From: Bacteroidia bacterium
GTDB lineage: Bacteria > Bacteroidota > Bacteroidia > AKYH767-A > OLB10
NCBI GenBank assembly: GCA_038320345.1
Contig: JBBQED010000001.1
Span: 194,357-258,356 of the forward strand
Length of the DNA: 64,000 nucleotides
Direction of reading: 5' to 3'
Part shown: positions 44,326 through 54,390 of the stretch, in pieces
Layout: every line of letters starts with the position of its first letter
Position numbering within the stretch: the first letter of the stretch is position 1
Translations under genes and position numbers: made by a program
Notes under the pieces: generated by a model
What the model was told of the DNA's origin: nothing
Databases searched by the model: none
What the model saw: only the letters and a program-made list of their open reading frames with translations

Positions 44326-44980
44326 AAAAGTTTTTCTCTTCCTGCTTGTTTTGCCTTCTTTTGCCAAGGCACAGGTAAATGATGCAGGATTGTGGACCAG
44401 CATTAATCTAGATAAAAAAATCAACAAACAATTTACCATTAACTTCACGGAAGAGCTCCGCTTTAACGAAAATATTTCTGAGCTTGGTAATTACTTTTCT
44501 GAATTTTCACTCGAATACAAATTTAATAAAATGATTTCCGCCTCTGTTGGCTACCGTTTTATTCAAAAAAGAAACTTGGATGGATACTATAGTAAACGAC
44601 ATCGTTTCATCTCTGAAATAGCTTTTAAAAAGAAGTTAAGAAACCTTGCCGTTAACTTAAAGCTGAAATATCAAAGCCAGTATAGTAACTATTATTCCAG
44701 TGAAACAGGCAAAATTCCCGACCAATATCTTCGTACAAAATTACAGCTGAAATACGACCTCAATAAACGCTATACTCCTTCTATTTCGGGAGAATCCTTT
44801 TATTTTTTAAATAGTAAAGAAGGTGTGCTTTTTAATAATTACCGCCTAACAATAGGATTCAATTACGAATTTTCTAAAAAATCATCGTTGGATCTAGCGT
44901 ATCTGATCAATAAAGAAATTCAAGTTAATGACCCATGGACTTCTTACATCACTTCGATTGGATGGAATTATAGTTTTTGA
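44318..44980 (+). CDS. DUF2490-like outer-membrane beta-barrel protein
   Basis: The signal peptide is 'MNKKVFLFLLVLPSFAKAQ'. Alternating amphipathic strands are visible and the C-terminus ends 'GWNYSF'. The ATG at 44318 overlaps the upstream stop by 8 nt; the track start is 44291. Confidence 0.55.
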   Translation: MNKKVFLFLLVLPSFAKAQVNDAGLWTSINLDKKINKQFTINFTEELRFNENISELGNYFSEFSLEYKFNKMISASVGYRFIQKRNLDGYYSKRHRFISEIAFKKKLRNLAVNLKLKYQSQYSNYYSSETGKIPDQYLRTKLQLKYDLNKRYTPSISGESFYFLNSKEGVLFNNYRLTIGFNYEFSKKSSLDLAYLINKEIQVNDPWTSYITSIGWNYSF

Positions 44981-44983
44981 TGT

Positions 44984-45658
44984 TCAGGATTTTATTAACC
45001 CCGCCTGCGTTCGGCTCATTTTTATACCTTTTATTCCAGGAATCAATCCCAATTGTAAAACATAGCTCCCAATAGGATTTCCTTTTTTCAAACAGGATAT
45101 TCTGGCTCTATACAAACCAGCCGGAAATGTTTTTCCAGAAATTCTTAATACAGGATTGGTAAATTTTCCTGTAGGCTGCGCAATCGTTTCATGGGAATCT
45201 TCGCTAAAGCCAAGTTTAATCCATCGTTCAACTTTAACTCCTGCATTGAAAGTGCCTTCCTCATAGGGAACATCTGCGCGATCAAGGCCAATCCAAGGAT
45301 CAAAAAAAGTATCTCTACGTGAAGTATTCTGTAGAAAGGCATCGGTCTCTACATCTCCTGCATCGGCAAAAACATAATTAGGCACCGGAGAAATCAACCT
45401 CATTCCAATCTCCTCCACATCAATGGGAACAATAAAATAAATAAAAAAATACTGATGACTATCAAATACTTCATCGGCCTTCTCAGTAGTACTGATATAA
45501 TCATAAAATCCTGTTGTTCGAGGATAAGGTATTCGCTGGACTTTACCTTCATTCACAATTTTTCCACTCTCGGAAGTAAAAAGCTCCAATCGTTGAGCCA
45601 TCCCCGAACTTGAAATTAATACTGCTAGTACCGGTAAAATAATTTGTCTGATGTTCAT
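44984..45658 (-). CDS. hypothetical secreted protein
   Basis: The signal peptide is 'MNIRQIILPVLAVLISSSGMAQ'. I recognised no domain. It is convergent with the cluster, with 3 nt between the stops. Confidence 0.5.
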   Translation of the reverse strand: MNIRQIILPVLAVLISSSGMAQRLELFTSESGKIVNEGKVQRIPYPRTTGFYDYISTTEKADEVFDSHQYFFIYFIVPIDVEEIGMRLISPVPNYVFADAGDVETDAFLQNTSRRDTFFDPWIGLDRADVPYEEGTFNAGVKVERWIKLGFSEDSHETIAQPTGKFTNPVLRISGKTFPAGLYRARISCLKKGNPIGSYVLQLGLIPGIKGIKMSRTQAGLIKS

Positions 45659-45965
45659 GTGATTAATTTAAAAGATTAAATCAAATTACTCTTCTCCTAT
45701 TATACCTTATGTCTTTCCTTTAGTTCAAAGATAAGATTACAAATCTGTGCCATGCCGAAGATTAAATGAAGAAATTAATTGGGCAGCCTATTTATTCAAG
45801 GTAGCGCTAAATTCTGACCTTTCAGCTACTAAAATGGTCGATATGCTGTTAAAGAAAATCTCTGGAGCGTTAAAAAATTTCAAGTTCTAATGCTGAACAG
45901 ATAGTACAGGTGAAATAACATTTAGGATGACCTCTGAAAACTGAAAAGCAAAGATTGACTACCTA

Positions 45966-46619
45966 CTAACCGTTCTTTACATTGATCTTCAGCGTATCTT
46001 CAAAAAACTTCACATCTCCTGATGTAATATCATGCAATCCTCCTACAATTCCAATGCTTCCCTCTTCAATCATTTCCTTTAAAATTGGACTCCTCTCCAT
46101 TATCGCTTTTACTGTTCTCCTAACATGAATGATGGTAACTTTTTCAACAAAATCTAAATTCCCCGAATTTCTATCAACGGTAATCGACTTTTCATCATCA
46201 ACCGCAGGGCGAATTTTCGTTAAGAGTGCCGTCAGGTTCCCCATTTCCGTATGGTCACAAGCTCCAATTACGGCTCCACATCTCGTATGTCCAAGTACAA
46301 CAATAATTTTTGCGCCGGCAACTTTGCAGCCGTATTCCATGCTCCCTAGAATATCTTCATTAATGATGTTTCCAGCAATCCTTACGGAGAATATATCTCC
46401 AAGACCCTGGTCGAATATCAGCTCTGCAGATGTTCGTGAATCAATACAACTAAGTATTACAGCAAAGGGGTGCTGTCCCTCGGAAGTTTCATTCGCCTGC
46501 TTTAATAAGTTGCGATTGGCCTTCAAATTATTCATGAAACGTATATTTCCTTCTTGGAGAATCTCCAAAGCCTCTGTAGGAGTAATAGAGTCCTGAATTT
46601 CTTTATTTAAGGTTTTCAT
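45966..46619 (-). CDS. beta-class carbonic anhydrase
   Basis: The zinc ligand motifs 'SCIDSR' and 'GHTRCGA' are present, together with 'FSVRIAGN'. Confidence 0.9.
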   Translation of the reverse strand: MKTLNKEIQDSITPTEALEILQEGNIRFMNNLKANRNLLKQANETSEGQHPFAVILSCIDSRTSAELIFDQGLGDIFSVRIAGNIINEDILGSMEYGCKVAGAKIIVVLGHTRCGAVIGACDHTEMGNLTALLTKIRPAVDDEKSITVDRNSGNLDFVEKVTIIHVRRTVKAIMERSPILKEMIEEGSIGIVGGLHDITSGDVKFFEDTLKINVKNG

Positions 46620-46901
46620 GTTTTCTGAAGTGAAAATGCTGCTGCTACTGTTAGAGCTTAAAACGATTTAACTGGAAACTCATTCCGGCAAATATAACAT
46701 TTGTGTTTATCATTTTTAATCTCCTCAAATTCGCCCTTCATCGGTTAGTCCAATTTTATTAGATTTAACTTGTTATTTTATTATCCAGTACTTACTTTTA
46801 CTTTGTATATAGGTGTAAATCATAGTATCTCATTAGATGAAGCCCGTAACTATTCTTTAAATTTTAAGTGCCTTACACCCTACTTATTTCTTTGATTTAC
46901 G

Positions 46902-47369
46902 ATGCAGTCCTCCGCAAAAAATGTTAAAGACTACTTAAAGGAAATTCCTGAAGACCGTAAAGAAGGATTTTCTAAACTCCGTGATACGATCCTTAAAAAT
47001 CTTCCTAAAGGCTTTGAAGAAGGCATGACTTATGGGATGATTGGTTATTACATTCCTCATAGTATTTATCCGCCCGGCTATCATGTAACGCCAGAACTGC
47101 CTTTGGGAGTTGTATCTATTGCGTCACAGAAAAATTTTATTGCATTATACCATATGGGATTGTATGGTGATCCTAAATTGCTGGAGTGGTTTAAAAAAGA
47201 ATATGCGGCAAATTCAAAAACCAAACTGGACATGGGAAAAAGTTGTGTCCGTTTTAAGAAGCCGGATCAAATTCCATTTACACTTATTGGTGAACTCATC
47301 AAAAAAGTTTCCGTGAAAGAATTTATTGCTCAATACGAAAAAAATCTTGCTGCTTTAAAGAAAAAATAA
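46902..47369 (+). CDS. DUF1801 (YdhG-like) domain protein
   Basis: 'VKDYLKEIPEDRKEGFSKLRDTILKNLPKGFEEGMTYGMIGYYIP' matches the family, and the length is typical. Confidence 0.7.
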   Translation: MQSSAKNVKDYLKEIPEDRKEGFSKLRDTILKNLPKGFEEGMTYGMIGYYIPHSIYPPGYHVTPELPLGVVSIASQKNFIALYHMGLYGDPKLLEWFKKEYAANSKTKLDMGKSCVRFKKPDQIPFTLIGELIKKVSVKEFIAQYEKNLAALKKK

Positions 47370-47386
47370 AACCTAAAAACCTACCT

Positions 47387-47926
47387 ATGAAAATTTTAAA
47401 ATCTCTGCTGATCGGTCTGATAAGCATAGTTGCTATCCTGCTTATTGCTGCGCTCTTTGTTAAAAAAGATTTTGCAGTGGAAAGAGAAATAACCATCAAT
47501 AAACCTAAACAGGAAGTATTTGATTATCTCAAATACCTGAAGAATCAAAACAATTTTAGTGTGTGGGCAAAGAAAGATCCGGCGATGAAAAAAACATTTA
47601 TCGGAACCGATGGAACTGTTGGTTTTATTTCCGCTTGGGATAGTGAAAGTAAAGATGTGGGCAAAGGTGAACAGGAAATAAAAGCAATTAAAGATGGAGA
47701 ACGTCTTGATTATGAAATACGCTTTAAAGTTCCTTTTGAAGCTACCAATTTTAGTTTCCTAACCACAGAATCCGTTTCTGACTCCCAAACAAAAGTGAAA
47801 TGGGGCTTCTATGGGAAAAGTCAATATCCTTTTAACCTCATGATGGCGGTTATGGATATGGATAAAACTGTTGGTGGCGATTTACAAAACGGTCTCGCTA
47901 ACCTCAAAGCACTGCTAGAACAATAA
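47387..47926 (+). CDS. SRPBCC-superfamily protein with N-terminal membrane anchor
   Basis: The N-terminal helix is 'LLIGLISIVAILLIAALFV'. The body 'VEREITINKPKQEVFDYLKYLKNQNNFSVW...KVKWGFYG' resembles the polyketide cyclase/START-like fold. Confidence 0.65.
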   Translation: MKILKSLLIGLISIVAILLIAALFVKKDFAVEREITINKPKQEVFDYLKYLKNQNNFSVWAKKDPAMKKTFIGTDGTVGFISAWDSESKDVGKGEQEIKAIKDGERLDYEIRFKVPFEATNFSFLTTESVSDSQTKVKWGFYGKSQYPFNLMMAVMDMDKTVGGDLQNGLANLKALLEQ

Positions 47927-47942
47927 TCTTCAATAATCTAGA

Positions 47943-47981
47943 AAGAGGCTGTTTCAATAACTTGAAATAGCCTCTTTTTTT
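47943..47981 (+). terminator. rho-independent terminator
   Basis: A 15-bp stem AAGAGGCTGTTTCAA/TTGAAATAGCCTCTT (one G-T pair) with loop TAAC is followed by a T run. It starts 17 nt after the stop at 47926. Confidence 0.8.
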
Positions 47982-48087
47982 ATGCGATCCTTTTTACCGA
48001 TCCTTTTGTGCATATCAAATGCTGGAAATTCATGGGGTCCAATGTAGGTTTTGTATTTTGGCTCAGTATTTAAAAGGGAATCCTGAT

Positions 48088-49833
48088 ATGAAGAAAAATA
48101 AAATTACAAGTGAACCCCCAGTATCTATGTCAGCATCCTCCCTTACATCAGACACTTCCGGAAAAAATAATTTTATATTCTGGATCGTTGGTACCTTCTT
48201 AGTTGCATTGTTTTACATGATCCTAAAAATGTATTCCATGCAGCCTTATGTTGGCGATGAATCCATTTATATCTATCAAGGGAAAATGCTGGCCCAAGGA
48301 TTTACTCCCTACCGTGATTATGCAATGGCTCACCCTCCTGTTCAAACGATTTTTATTGCTGCGGTAATTAAACTTTTTGGATACTCATTATTGGGGTTTC
48401 GAATGATTCCAATTCTCTGGACCTTAATCGCAGGTATATTGCTCTCCGTAATGGTACGTAAAGAACTTGGTAGTATTGCTGCAGTTTTTTCAATGGCATT
48501 ATTTATTCTCGCCTATGAACCCCTCCGTGCTTCTATACATTTTACAGGAGTAAACATGACCATTACCTTGTTGATGGCTTCGCTATTAGCGCATAGGAAT
48601 AAAAAAATAATCCTTTGTGCTGTATTCGCTATCCTTGCAATATACACTCGCCTTTACGCGCTTCCTGCCGTTTTTGCTCTTTTACTGATCACCTTTTATA
48701 CTGATAAAAAAGTCGGTATTAACTTATTGAAATGGGAACTGCTGTTAGGGTTCTCCTTGTTTATCATTTTTGGATTATGGACTGGTTTTGGTTCTATGAT
48801 CAATGACATTTTTCTCTTCCAAGCTCAAAAAACAAAAATGTCGCTCGATAAATTAAATGACATGCGCGACGGTGTGCTTTTCCATAATTCAATTCCGCTC
48901 ATCCTATTTATTCTTGGATCAGTAACCCTCTTGGTTAATTACATGAGCCGATTGAAAAATGCGGATGCTAGCCATAAAAAAAATCAGAAAAAAATTGAAA
49001 CTCAAAAACAAAATTATACCCTATTGCATATTTCGGTTTTAACGGTTTTTTTGACGCTGGGGATTTTACTAAACATGAGCAGAGTCTGGATGTATTATTA
49101 CGTTCTGGCATTCCCATATGCTGCCATTACGGGAGGATGGATGGTGGCTTACTGGATCAAACAAATCAGACTATTCATTCCCAACAAATCTTCCATCCCT
49201 TCAACTGATCAAAAAGCCAGTATTCCATGGTTAATCGGTTCTCTGGTGATTTTTCTCCTTTTCTGGGCAAATTCTTCAAATTTTGAGAAAAAATTGGATT
49301 ATTATAAAGATGCTGTCCTTGTTAGTTCCTCAAAACACCGTACTGTTTATACTTGGAGAGATGCCCCGCTCCCAGGAATCATCAACAATCTTGTGAAAGC
49401 ACTTATCTGGAAAGATGAAAGAGTGATTGGTGATCGTTATGCTGAATTTACTTATTACCTCTGGCACTGCAGCAGAGTGCTAGATATTAAAGATGAAGTG
49501 GTTGCTGTTTTAAATCAAGTTTCAACAATGGATGATGAGATTTTCGGAGATTCCGGAACCGTTCCTTTGTTCGCACTGCTTTGCAATAGACGGGTTGCAG
49601 GGAATGAAATCGATACCAATATCGAACGCTACCGCTCTGGAAATGCTGATCCGGATCAATTGATAAAGAATATCGACAAACCTCAAACACGATTTATTTT
49701 CTTGCAAGATAATTTCGGTGTGGCTGTGCTGCCGCAAGTTCAACGCCTTGTTCAATTAAAATATAAATTCGTAAAATCGTTTGCCTCGGCAACAGGAACT
49801 ACCCTCAAAATGTATGAAAGACTTCCAGGATAA
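48088..49833 (+). CDS. polytopic GT-C-type glycosyltransferase-like membrane protein (ArnT/PMT, GT39/83-like)
   Basis: The first-loop acidic motif is 'YVGDESIYIYQGKMLAQGFTPYRDY'. More than 10 hydrophobic helices precede a soluble C-terminal domain of about 200 aa. The ATG at 48088 (MKKNK) is preferred over the track start at 48019. Confidence 0.55.
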   Translation: MKKNKITSEPPVSMSASSLTSDTSGKNNFIFWIVGTFLVALFYMILKMYSMQPYVGDESIYIYQGKMLAQGFTPYRDYAMAHPPVQTIFIAAVIKLFGYSLLGFRMIPILWTLIAGILLSVMVRKELGSIAAVFSMALFILAYEPLRASIHFTGVNMTITLLMASLLAHRNKKIILCAVFAILAIYTRLYALPAVFALLLITFYTDKKVGINLLKWELLLGFSLFIIFGLWTGFGSMINDIFLFQAQKTKMSLDKLNDMRDGVLFHNSIPLILFILGSVTLLVNYMSRLKNADASHKKNQKKIETQKQNYTLLHISVLTVFLTLGILLNMSRVWMYYYVLAFPYAAITGGWMVAYWIKQIRLFIPNKSSIPSTDQKASIPWLIGSLVIFLLFWANSSNFEKKLDYYKDAVLVSSSKHRTVYTWRDAPLPGIINNLVKALIWKDERVIGDRYAEFTYYLWHCSRVLDIKDEVVAVLNQVSTMDDEIFGDSGTVPLFALLCNRRVAGNEIDTNIERYRSGNADPDQLIKNIDKPQTRFIFLQDNFGVAVLPQVQRLVQLKYKFVKSFASATGTTLKMYERLPG

Positions 49834-50011
49834 TTGGGCGTTCCTAACCAACGACCAGCACCTAAATTCATTATCTCCGCCTAACTTATTGATTGTTTAG
49901 GTGTCTTTTTTAAAGATTAAACTATTTCAACTGATAAATGTTAATGTTTTTCTGGCACTGCGAAAGTGGTAACTTACCCTTTTGCTTTAAAAATGTCAGT
50001 AAATTTGCAGC

Positions 50012-51010
50012 ATGCAATCAGGGAAAGAACTTATTCTTGCTACCAAACCATTCGCAAAAGAAATCAGGTGGAAAAGTTGGTACTATACCCTCACCAGTTT
50101 TATATTGTTAATTGCCGGTATCGTAGGCACTTATATGGTGGGGCCATTGTGGGGTCGTTTATTATGCTCGGTGTTCACCGCAGCAATGCTATCTAGAGTC
50201 TTTATTATTTTTCATGATTTTCAACATCACTCTATCCTTTACAAATCTGTTCCTGCCAATATTCTTTTTACCCTTTTCGGGATTTATATGATCACTCCTC
50301 CGAGTATCTGGAAAAGATCTCATGATCATCACCATAATAATAATTCAAAACTATTTAGTGCGAGTATCGGGTCCTTTCCTATCATGACGAAAGACCGCTT
50401 CCTCAATGCAACAAAAAACGAAAGGTTTCTTTATCTCTCCATTCGTCATCCCATGAATATGTTTTTTGCCTATTTCACCACTTTCATGTATGGTCTTTGT
50501 ATCAATTCCTTTCTGAGTAGTCCTCGCCGTCACTGGGATTCGCTAGTAGTTTTATTACTGCATTATTCTATTGCCATATTTTTAATTGTTCAGTTTGGCT
50601 GGCTTACTTGGTTCCTTAGTTTCTTCTTTCCTTTCTTCCTCTCCCATATGCTGGGATCTTATTTGTTTTATGCTCAGCATAATTTCCCTGATGTAGTGCA
50701 TCGCAGTAATGTGGATTGGACGTACGACAAAGCCGCTCTGGAATCTTCTAGTTACATGGTGATGAATCCTATTATGAATTGGGCAACTGCGAATATCGGT
50801 TACCATCATGTTCATCATCTCAATTCACGTATTCCGTTTTATCGTCTTCCTGAAGCGATGAAAAGTCTACCTGAATTACAGCATGCAAAGAAAACATCTC
50901 TCAAAACAAAGGATATTATTGCTTGTCTGAAGTTAAAAGTATGGGATCCTGAAAAAAACCGCATGATTGGATTCGATGAGTTCAATGAAAAGGAACTCGC
51001 AAGCATCTAA
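50012..51010 (+). CDS. membrane fatty acid desaturase
   Basis: Three histidine boxes, 'HDFQHH', 'HDHHHNN' and 'HHVHHLN', sit in a polytopic membrane protein. Confidence 0.85.
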   Translation: MQSGKELILATKPFAKEIRWKSWYYTLTSFILLIAGIVGTYMVGPLWGRLLCSVFTAAMLSRVFIIFHDFQHHSILYKSVPANILFTLFGIYMITPPSIWKRSHDHHHNNNSKLFSASIGSFPIMTKDRFLNATKNERFLYLSIRHPMNMFFAYFTTFMYGLCINSFLSSPRRHWDSLVVLLLHYSIAIFLIVQFGWLTWFLSFFFPFFLSHMLGSYLFYAQHNFPDVVHRSNVDWTYDKAALESSSYMVMNPIMNWATANIGYHHVHHLNSRIPFYRLPEAMKSLPELQHAKKTSLKTKDIIACLKLKVWDPEKNRMIGFDEFNEKELASI

Positions 51011-51019
51011 GCTCTTTTA

Positions 51020-52048
51020 TTATTTCTGCTCTTTTTTATTTCTTTTTTCCAGTTTATCCACCCGTTGAACAATAGCATCTAGGTTCCGGAAATGAATAAA
51101 TGCTTTCCTGTATTTACTTGCTTCAAAGGAGGGTGATCCCATTTGAATTTCTCCTGATTTCGTTATTGATTTGGAAATTCCCGATTGGGCAGTTACAATA
51201 GTGTGATCTGCTATCACAACATGTCCAACAATTCCAACCTGTCCACTGAACATACAGTTCTTTCCAATTTTTGTAGACCCCGCAACAACACCTCCTGCTG
51301 CGATGTAAGTGTTTTCTCCAACCTCCACATTATGGGCAATATGAATAAGGTTGTCAAACTTTACTCCCTTGCGTAAAATAGTAGATCCAAGTGTAGCACG
51401 ATCAATTGCACAATTGGCACCGATCTCCACATTATCTTCAATAATTACATTTCCAATCTGAGGGATTTTCTGATTATCATTTTGTGGATTAAAACGAAAT
51501 CCATCACTTCCGATTACCGTTCCCGAATGCAGAATACAATTTTTTCCGATTTGTGTTTCAGAATAAATCTTTACTCCTGAAAATAGTGTGGTATCATCTC
51601 CGATTTCTACGTTGTCACCAATATACACCTGAGGATAAATTTTTACATTATTTCCAATCACTGAATTTTCACCAACAAAAGAAAATTCTCCTGCATATAC
51701 ATTGTTACCCACTTTCGCACTTTCAGTAATAAAGGCATGACTTGAAATTCCCGTTTTATTCAGCTTTATCTGATTGTACATCTCCAACAACTTTGAAAAT
51801 GCGATTTCTGCACTTTCCACTCGAATCAGTGTGGTATTTACAGGTCCTGTGAGTTCAAAATCTTTGTTGATGATCACTACAGAGGCTTTTGTGGTATACA
51901 GATACTGGGCATACTTAGGATTGGAAAGAAAGGAAACAGAACCCGCAACTCCTTCTTCAATTTTAGAAAGCTTACTGATTTTTACTGCTTCATTTCCCTC
52001 TATTACTCCTTGAAGGATCCCTGCTATTTGCTGCGCGCTGAATTCCAT
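51020..52048 (-). CDS. lpxD: UDP-3-O-acylglucosamine N-acyltransferase
   Basis: The N-terminal domain is '[20 protein letters not shown]...[12 protein letters not shown]'. Long hexapeptide (left-handed beta-helix) repeats follow, and the length of 342 aa fits. Confidence 0.9.
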   Translation of the reverse strand: MEFSAQQIAGILQGVIEGNEAVKISKLSKIEEGVAGSVSFLSNPKYAQYLYTTKASVVIINKDFELTGPVNTTLIRVESAEIAFSKLLEMYNQIKLNKTGISSHAFITESAKVGNNVYAGEFSFVGENSVIGNNVKIYPQVYIGDNVEIGDDTTLFSGVKIYSETQIGKNCILHSGTVIGSDGFRFNPQNDNQKIPQIGNVIIEDNVEIGANCAIDRATLGSTILRKGVKFDNLIHIAHNVEVGENTYIAAGGVVAGSTKIGKNCMFSGQVGIVGHVVIADHTIVTAQSGISKSITKSGEIQMGSPSFEASKYRKAFIHFRNLDAIVQRVDKLEKRNKKEQK

Positions 52049-52237
52049 ATAAATCGTTTTTCTCTGGTTTTACAAAGATATTCTATTCTATGATTTATGC
52101 ACGAGCCCTACCTCAGTATTCACTGTTTAAACAGCAAATAATTGTCCCGTCAATATTAATCTTCTTGTTCATAGTCTGTCACGACTTTCCCTCTCAATTT
52201 CAGGTTTTTTAACTAGGTTTGACCATTGAATAATCGT

Positions 52238-53905
52238 ATGACTGATATAGAAATTGCCCACTCGGTTTCCATGCTACACATCAAAGAAGTAGCGAAAAAA
52301 ATTAATGTCTCTAATGATGATCTGGAATACTACGGTAAATACAAGGCTAAACTTCCGCTTTCATTAATTAATCCGGATAAAATCGCTACTTCAAATCTAA
52401 TTCTTGTAACTGCAGTTACGCCTACTCCTGCGGGTGAAGGAAAAACTACAGTTTCTATTGGCTTGAATGAGGGACTAAATAAAATAGGTAAAAAATCAAT
52501 GGTGGTGCTTAGAGAACCATCACTAGGACCCGTTTTCGGAATTAAAGGAGGAGCTGCTGGTGGTGGATATTCACAGGTGGTTCCTATGGAAGATATCAAC
52601 CTTCACTTCACTGGTGATTTCAGCGCAATCGAAAAAGCGAATAACTTCCTTGCAGCAATTATTGACAATATTATTCAGAACCCAAAACACCCAATAAAAA
52701 TTGATCCTCGTACAGTGCTCTGGAAAAGAGTGATGGATATGAATGACCGAAGCTTGCGTGATATCATCATTGGTGTGGGTGGCAAAGCAAATGGAATAAT
52801 GCGTCAGGATGGGTTTAATATTACTGCTGCTTCTGAAATAATGGCGATCCTGTGTATGTCGGAAAGCCTGGCTGATTTGAAAGAAAAAATTGGAAATATT
52901 TTAGTGGCCTTTAACTTCGAAAATGAACCTGTTTACGCGCGTCAATTGAATGTTCAAGAAGCAATGGCGATCTTACTCAGAGATGCGATCAAACCTAATC
53001 TCGTTCAGACACTAGAAGGCAATCCTGCAATTCTTCATGGTGGCCCCTTTGCAAATATCGCTCAAGGAACTAATAGTATCCTTGCGACGAAAATGGGATT
53101 AAGCCTTTCCGATTATGTAGTAACTGAAGCTGGTTTCGGGGCCGATCTGGGCGCAGAAAAATTCCTCGACCTGAAATGTGGTTATGGTAAATTAACTCCT
53201 AAAGCAATGGTGATTGTTGCAACCATCAGAGCTTTACGTCACCACGGCGGTGCAAAACCCGATGAACTGAATACTCCTTCTCTTGAAAAAGTTGTGAAAG
53301 GTTTTGCTAATCTGGAAAAGCATATTGAAAACTCCCGCAAATTCGGTTTTAATCCGGTGGTGGCAATCAATCATTTTATCACCGATAGTGAAGAGGAAAT
53401 TCTCGAATTACAAAGGAGATGTGCTTCCCTTAATATTCGTGCTGTACTGAGTAAAGGCTGGACTCTTGGTGGTGATGGTACAACCGATCTTGCAAAAGCT
53501 GTCGTCGCAGAAATCGAAGGAAGCAGCATGAAATTTAAACCGCTCTATAACTGGAGTCTGAGCGTTAAAGAAAAGATTAGCATCATCGCCAAAGAAATTT
53601 ATGGTGCCGATGAAGTGGAGTATAACACCAAAGCACTTATTGATCTCAAAAGAATTGAAAGAATTGGATTAGGTCATCTCCCAATATGCATGGCGAAAAC
53701 TCAAAAATCTTTTTCTGATAATGAAAAACTGATTGGTCGTCCTAAGGGTTTTACAATTACGGTTCGGGAATTTGAAATTGCTGCAGGTGCCGGATTCTTG
53801 GTTCCCATACTTGGATCTATCATGCGAATGCCGGGATTACCTGCCATTCCCGCCTCTGAAAATATGAAGATTGATGATAATGGAGTAATCAGCGGCCTCT
53901 CCTGA
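52238..53905 (+). CDS. fhs: formate--tetrahydrofolate ligase
   Basis: 'VTAVTPTPAGEGKTTVSIGL', 'GPVFGIKGGAAGGGYSQV' and 'HGGPFANIAHG'-like 'HGGPFANIAQG' are all present. The track start at 52226 is TTG; the first ATG is 52238. Confidence 0.95.
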   Translation: MTDIEIAHSVSMLHIKEVAKKINVSNDDLEYYGKYKAKLPLSLINPDKIATSNLILVTAVTPTPAGEGKTTVSIGLNEGLNKIGKKSMVVLREPSLGPVFGIKGGAAGGGYSQVVPMEDINLHFTGDFSAIEKANNFLAAIIDNIIQNPKHPIKIDPRTVLWKRVMDMNDRSLRDIIIGVGGKANGIMRQDGFNITAASEIMAILCMSESLADLKEKIGNILVAFNFENEPVYARQLNVQEAMAILLRDAIKPNLVQTLEGNPAILHGGPFANIAQGTNSILATKMGLSLSDYVVTEAGFGADLGAEKFLDLKCGYGKLTPKAMVIVATIRALRHHGGAKPDELNTPSLEKVVKGFANLEKHIENSRKFGFNPVVAINHFITDSEEEILELQRRCASLNIRAVLSKGWTLGGDGTTDLAKAVVAEIEGSSMKFKPLYNWSLSVKEKISIIAKEIYGADEVEYNTKALIDLKRIERIGLGHLPICMAKTQKSFSDNEKLIGRPKGFTITVREFEIAAGAGFLVPILGSIMRMPGLPAIPASENMKIDDNGVISGLS

Positions 53906-53942
53906 GGTGTTGTGTTAAATTCAGTAATATAAAAATTGTACT

Positions 53943-54257
53943 ATGTCGTTCTCAAAAACTTCGCTAGGTCGGTTAAGGTGGATTGGTATCGCAGAAGGAA
54001 TTTCCTTTCTCATACTTTTATTCGTTGCGATGCCGCTTAAATATTTGGGCGGGATTCCTGAGGCTGTTAAATATACAGGTTGGATGCATGGGATTTTATT
54101 CATCATGTATATCTATGCCCTGATAAGTGTTTATATCGATTACAAATGGACAATCAAGCGTACCGCAATTGGTTTCATTGCGTCCCTACTTCCCTTTGGG
54201 ACTTTCGTATTGGATAAACAACTTAAGCAGGACGAAGCAGCCTTGAAGTTAAAATAA
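53943..54257 (+). CDS. DUF3817 small membrane protein
   Basis: 'LRWIGIAEGISFLILLFVAMPLKYLGGIPEAVKYTGWMHGILFIMY' matches the family, with three helices in 104 aa. Confidence 0.7.
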   Translation: MSFSKTSLGRLRWIGIAEGISFLILLFVAMPLKYLGGIPEAVKYTGWMHGILFIMYIYALISVYIDYKWTIKRTAIGFIASLLPFGTFVLDKQLKQDEAALKLK

Positions 54258-54390
54258 TAACACTTTTGAGTGCCGCATTGAATCGACATCTCTAAAATTA
54301 GGATGGTGAAAGTGTGCTGGGAAAGCGTAATCTGTTAATTTTTATCGGTTTTTACCCTAAAACCTGATTTGCGGGCTACTTTTATACCCG

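Noticed and set aside
46129-46596. A 155-aa plus-strand ORF lies antisense to the carbonic anhydrase gene.
   Set aside because: It is fully contained in a gene with unmistakable beta-CA zinc motifs. Its translation is low-complexity Ser/Pro/Phe-rich, with no recognisable domain.
49835-49844. The 10-mer TGGGCGTTCC occurs just after a stop codon both here and at 57407-57416, suggesting a second copy of the REP-like element.
   Set aside because: A single shared 10-mer is expected many times by chance among all position pairs in 64 kb. The sequence after 49844 shows neither the hairpins nor the 20-mer units.
52049-52237. A riboswitch (ZTP/pfl or THF type) might lie in the 189-nt leader of fhs.
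   Set aside because: I found no match to the conserved cores I remember (for example the GGGTCGTGAC...CCGCCTGGGC of the pfl motif) and no convincing pseudoknot-forming segments.
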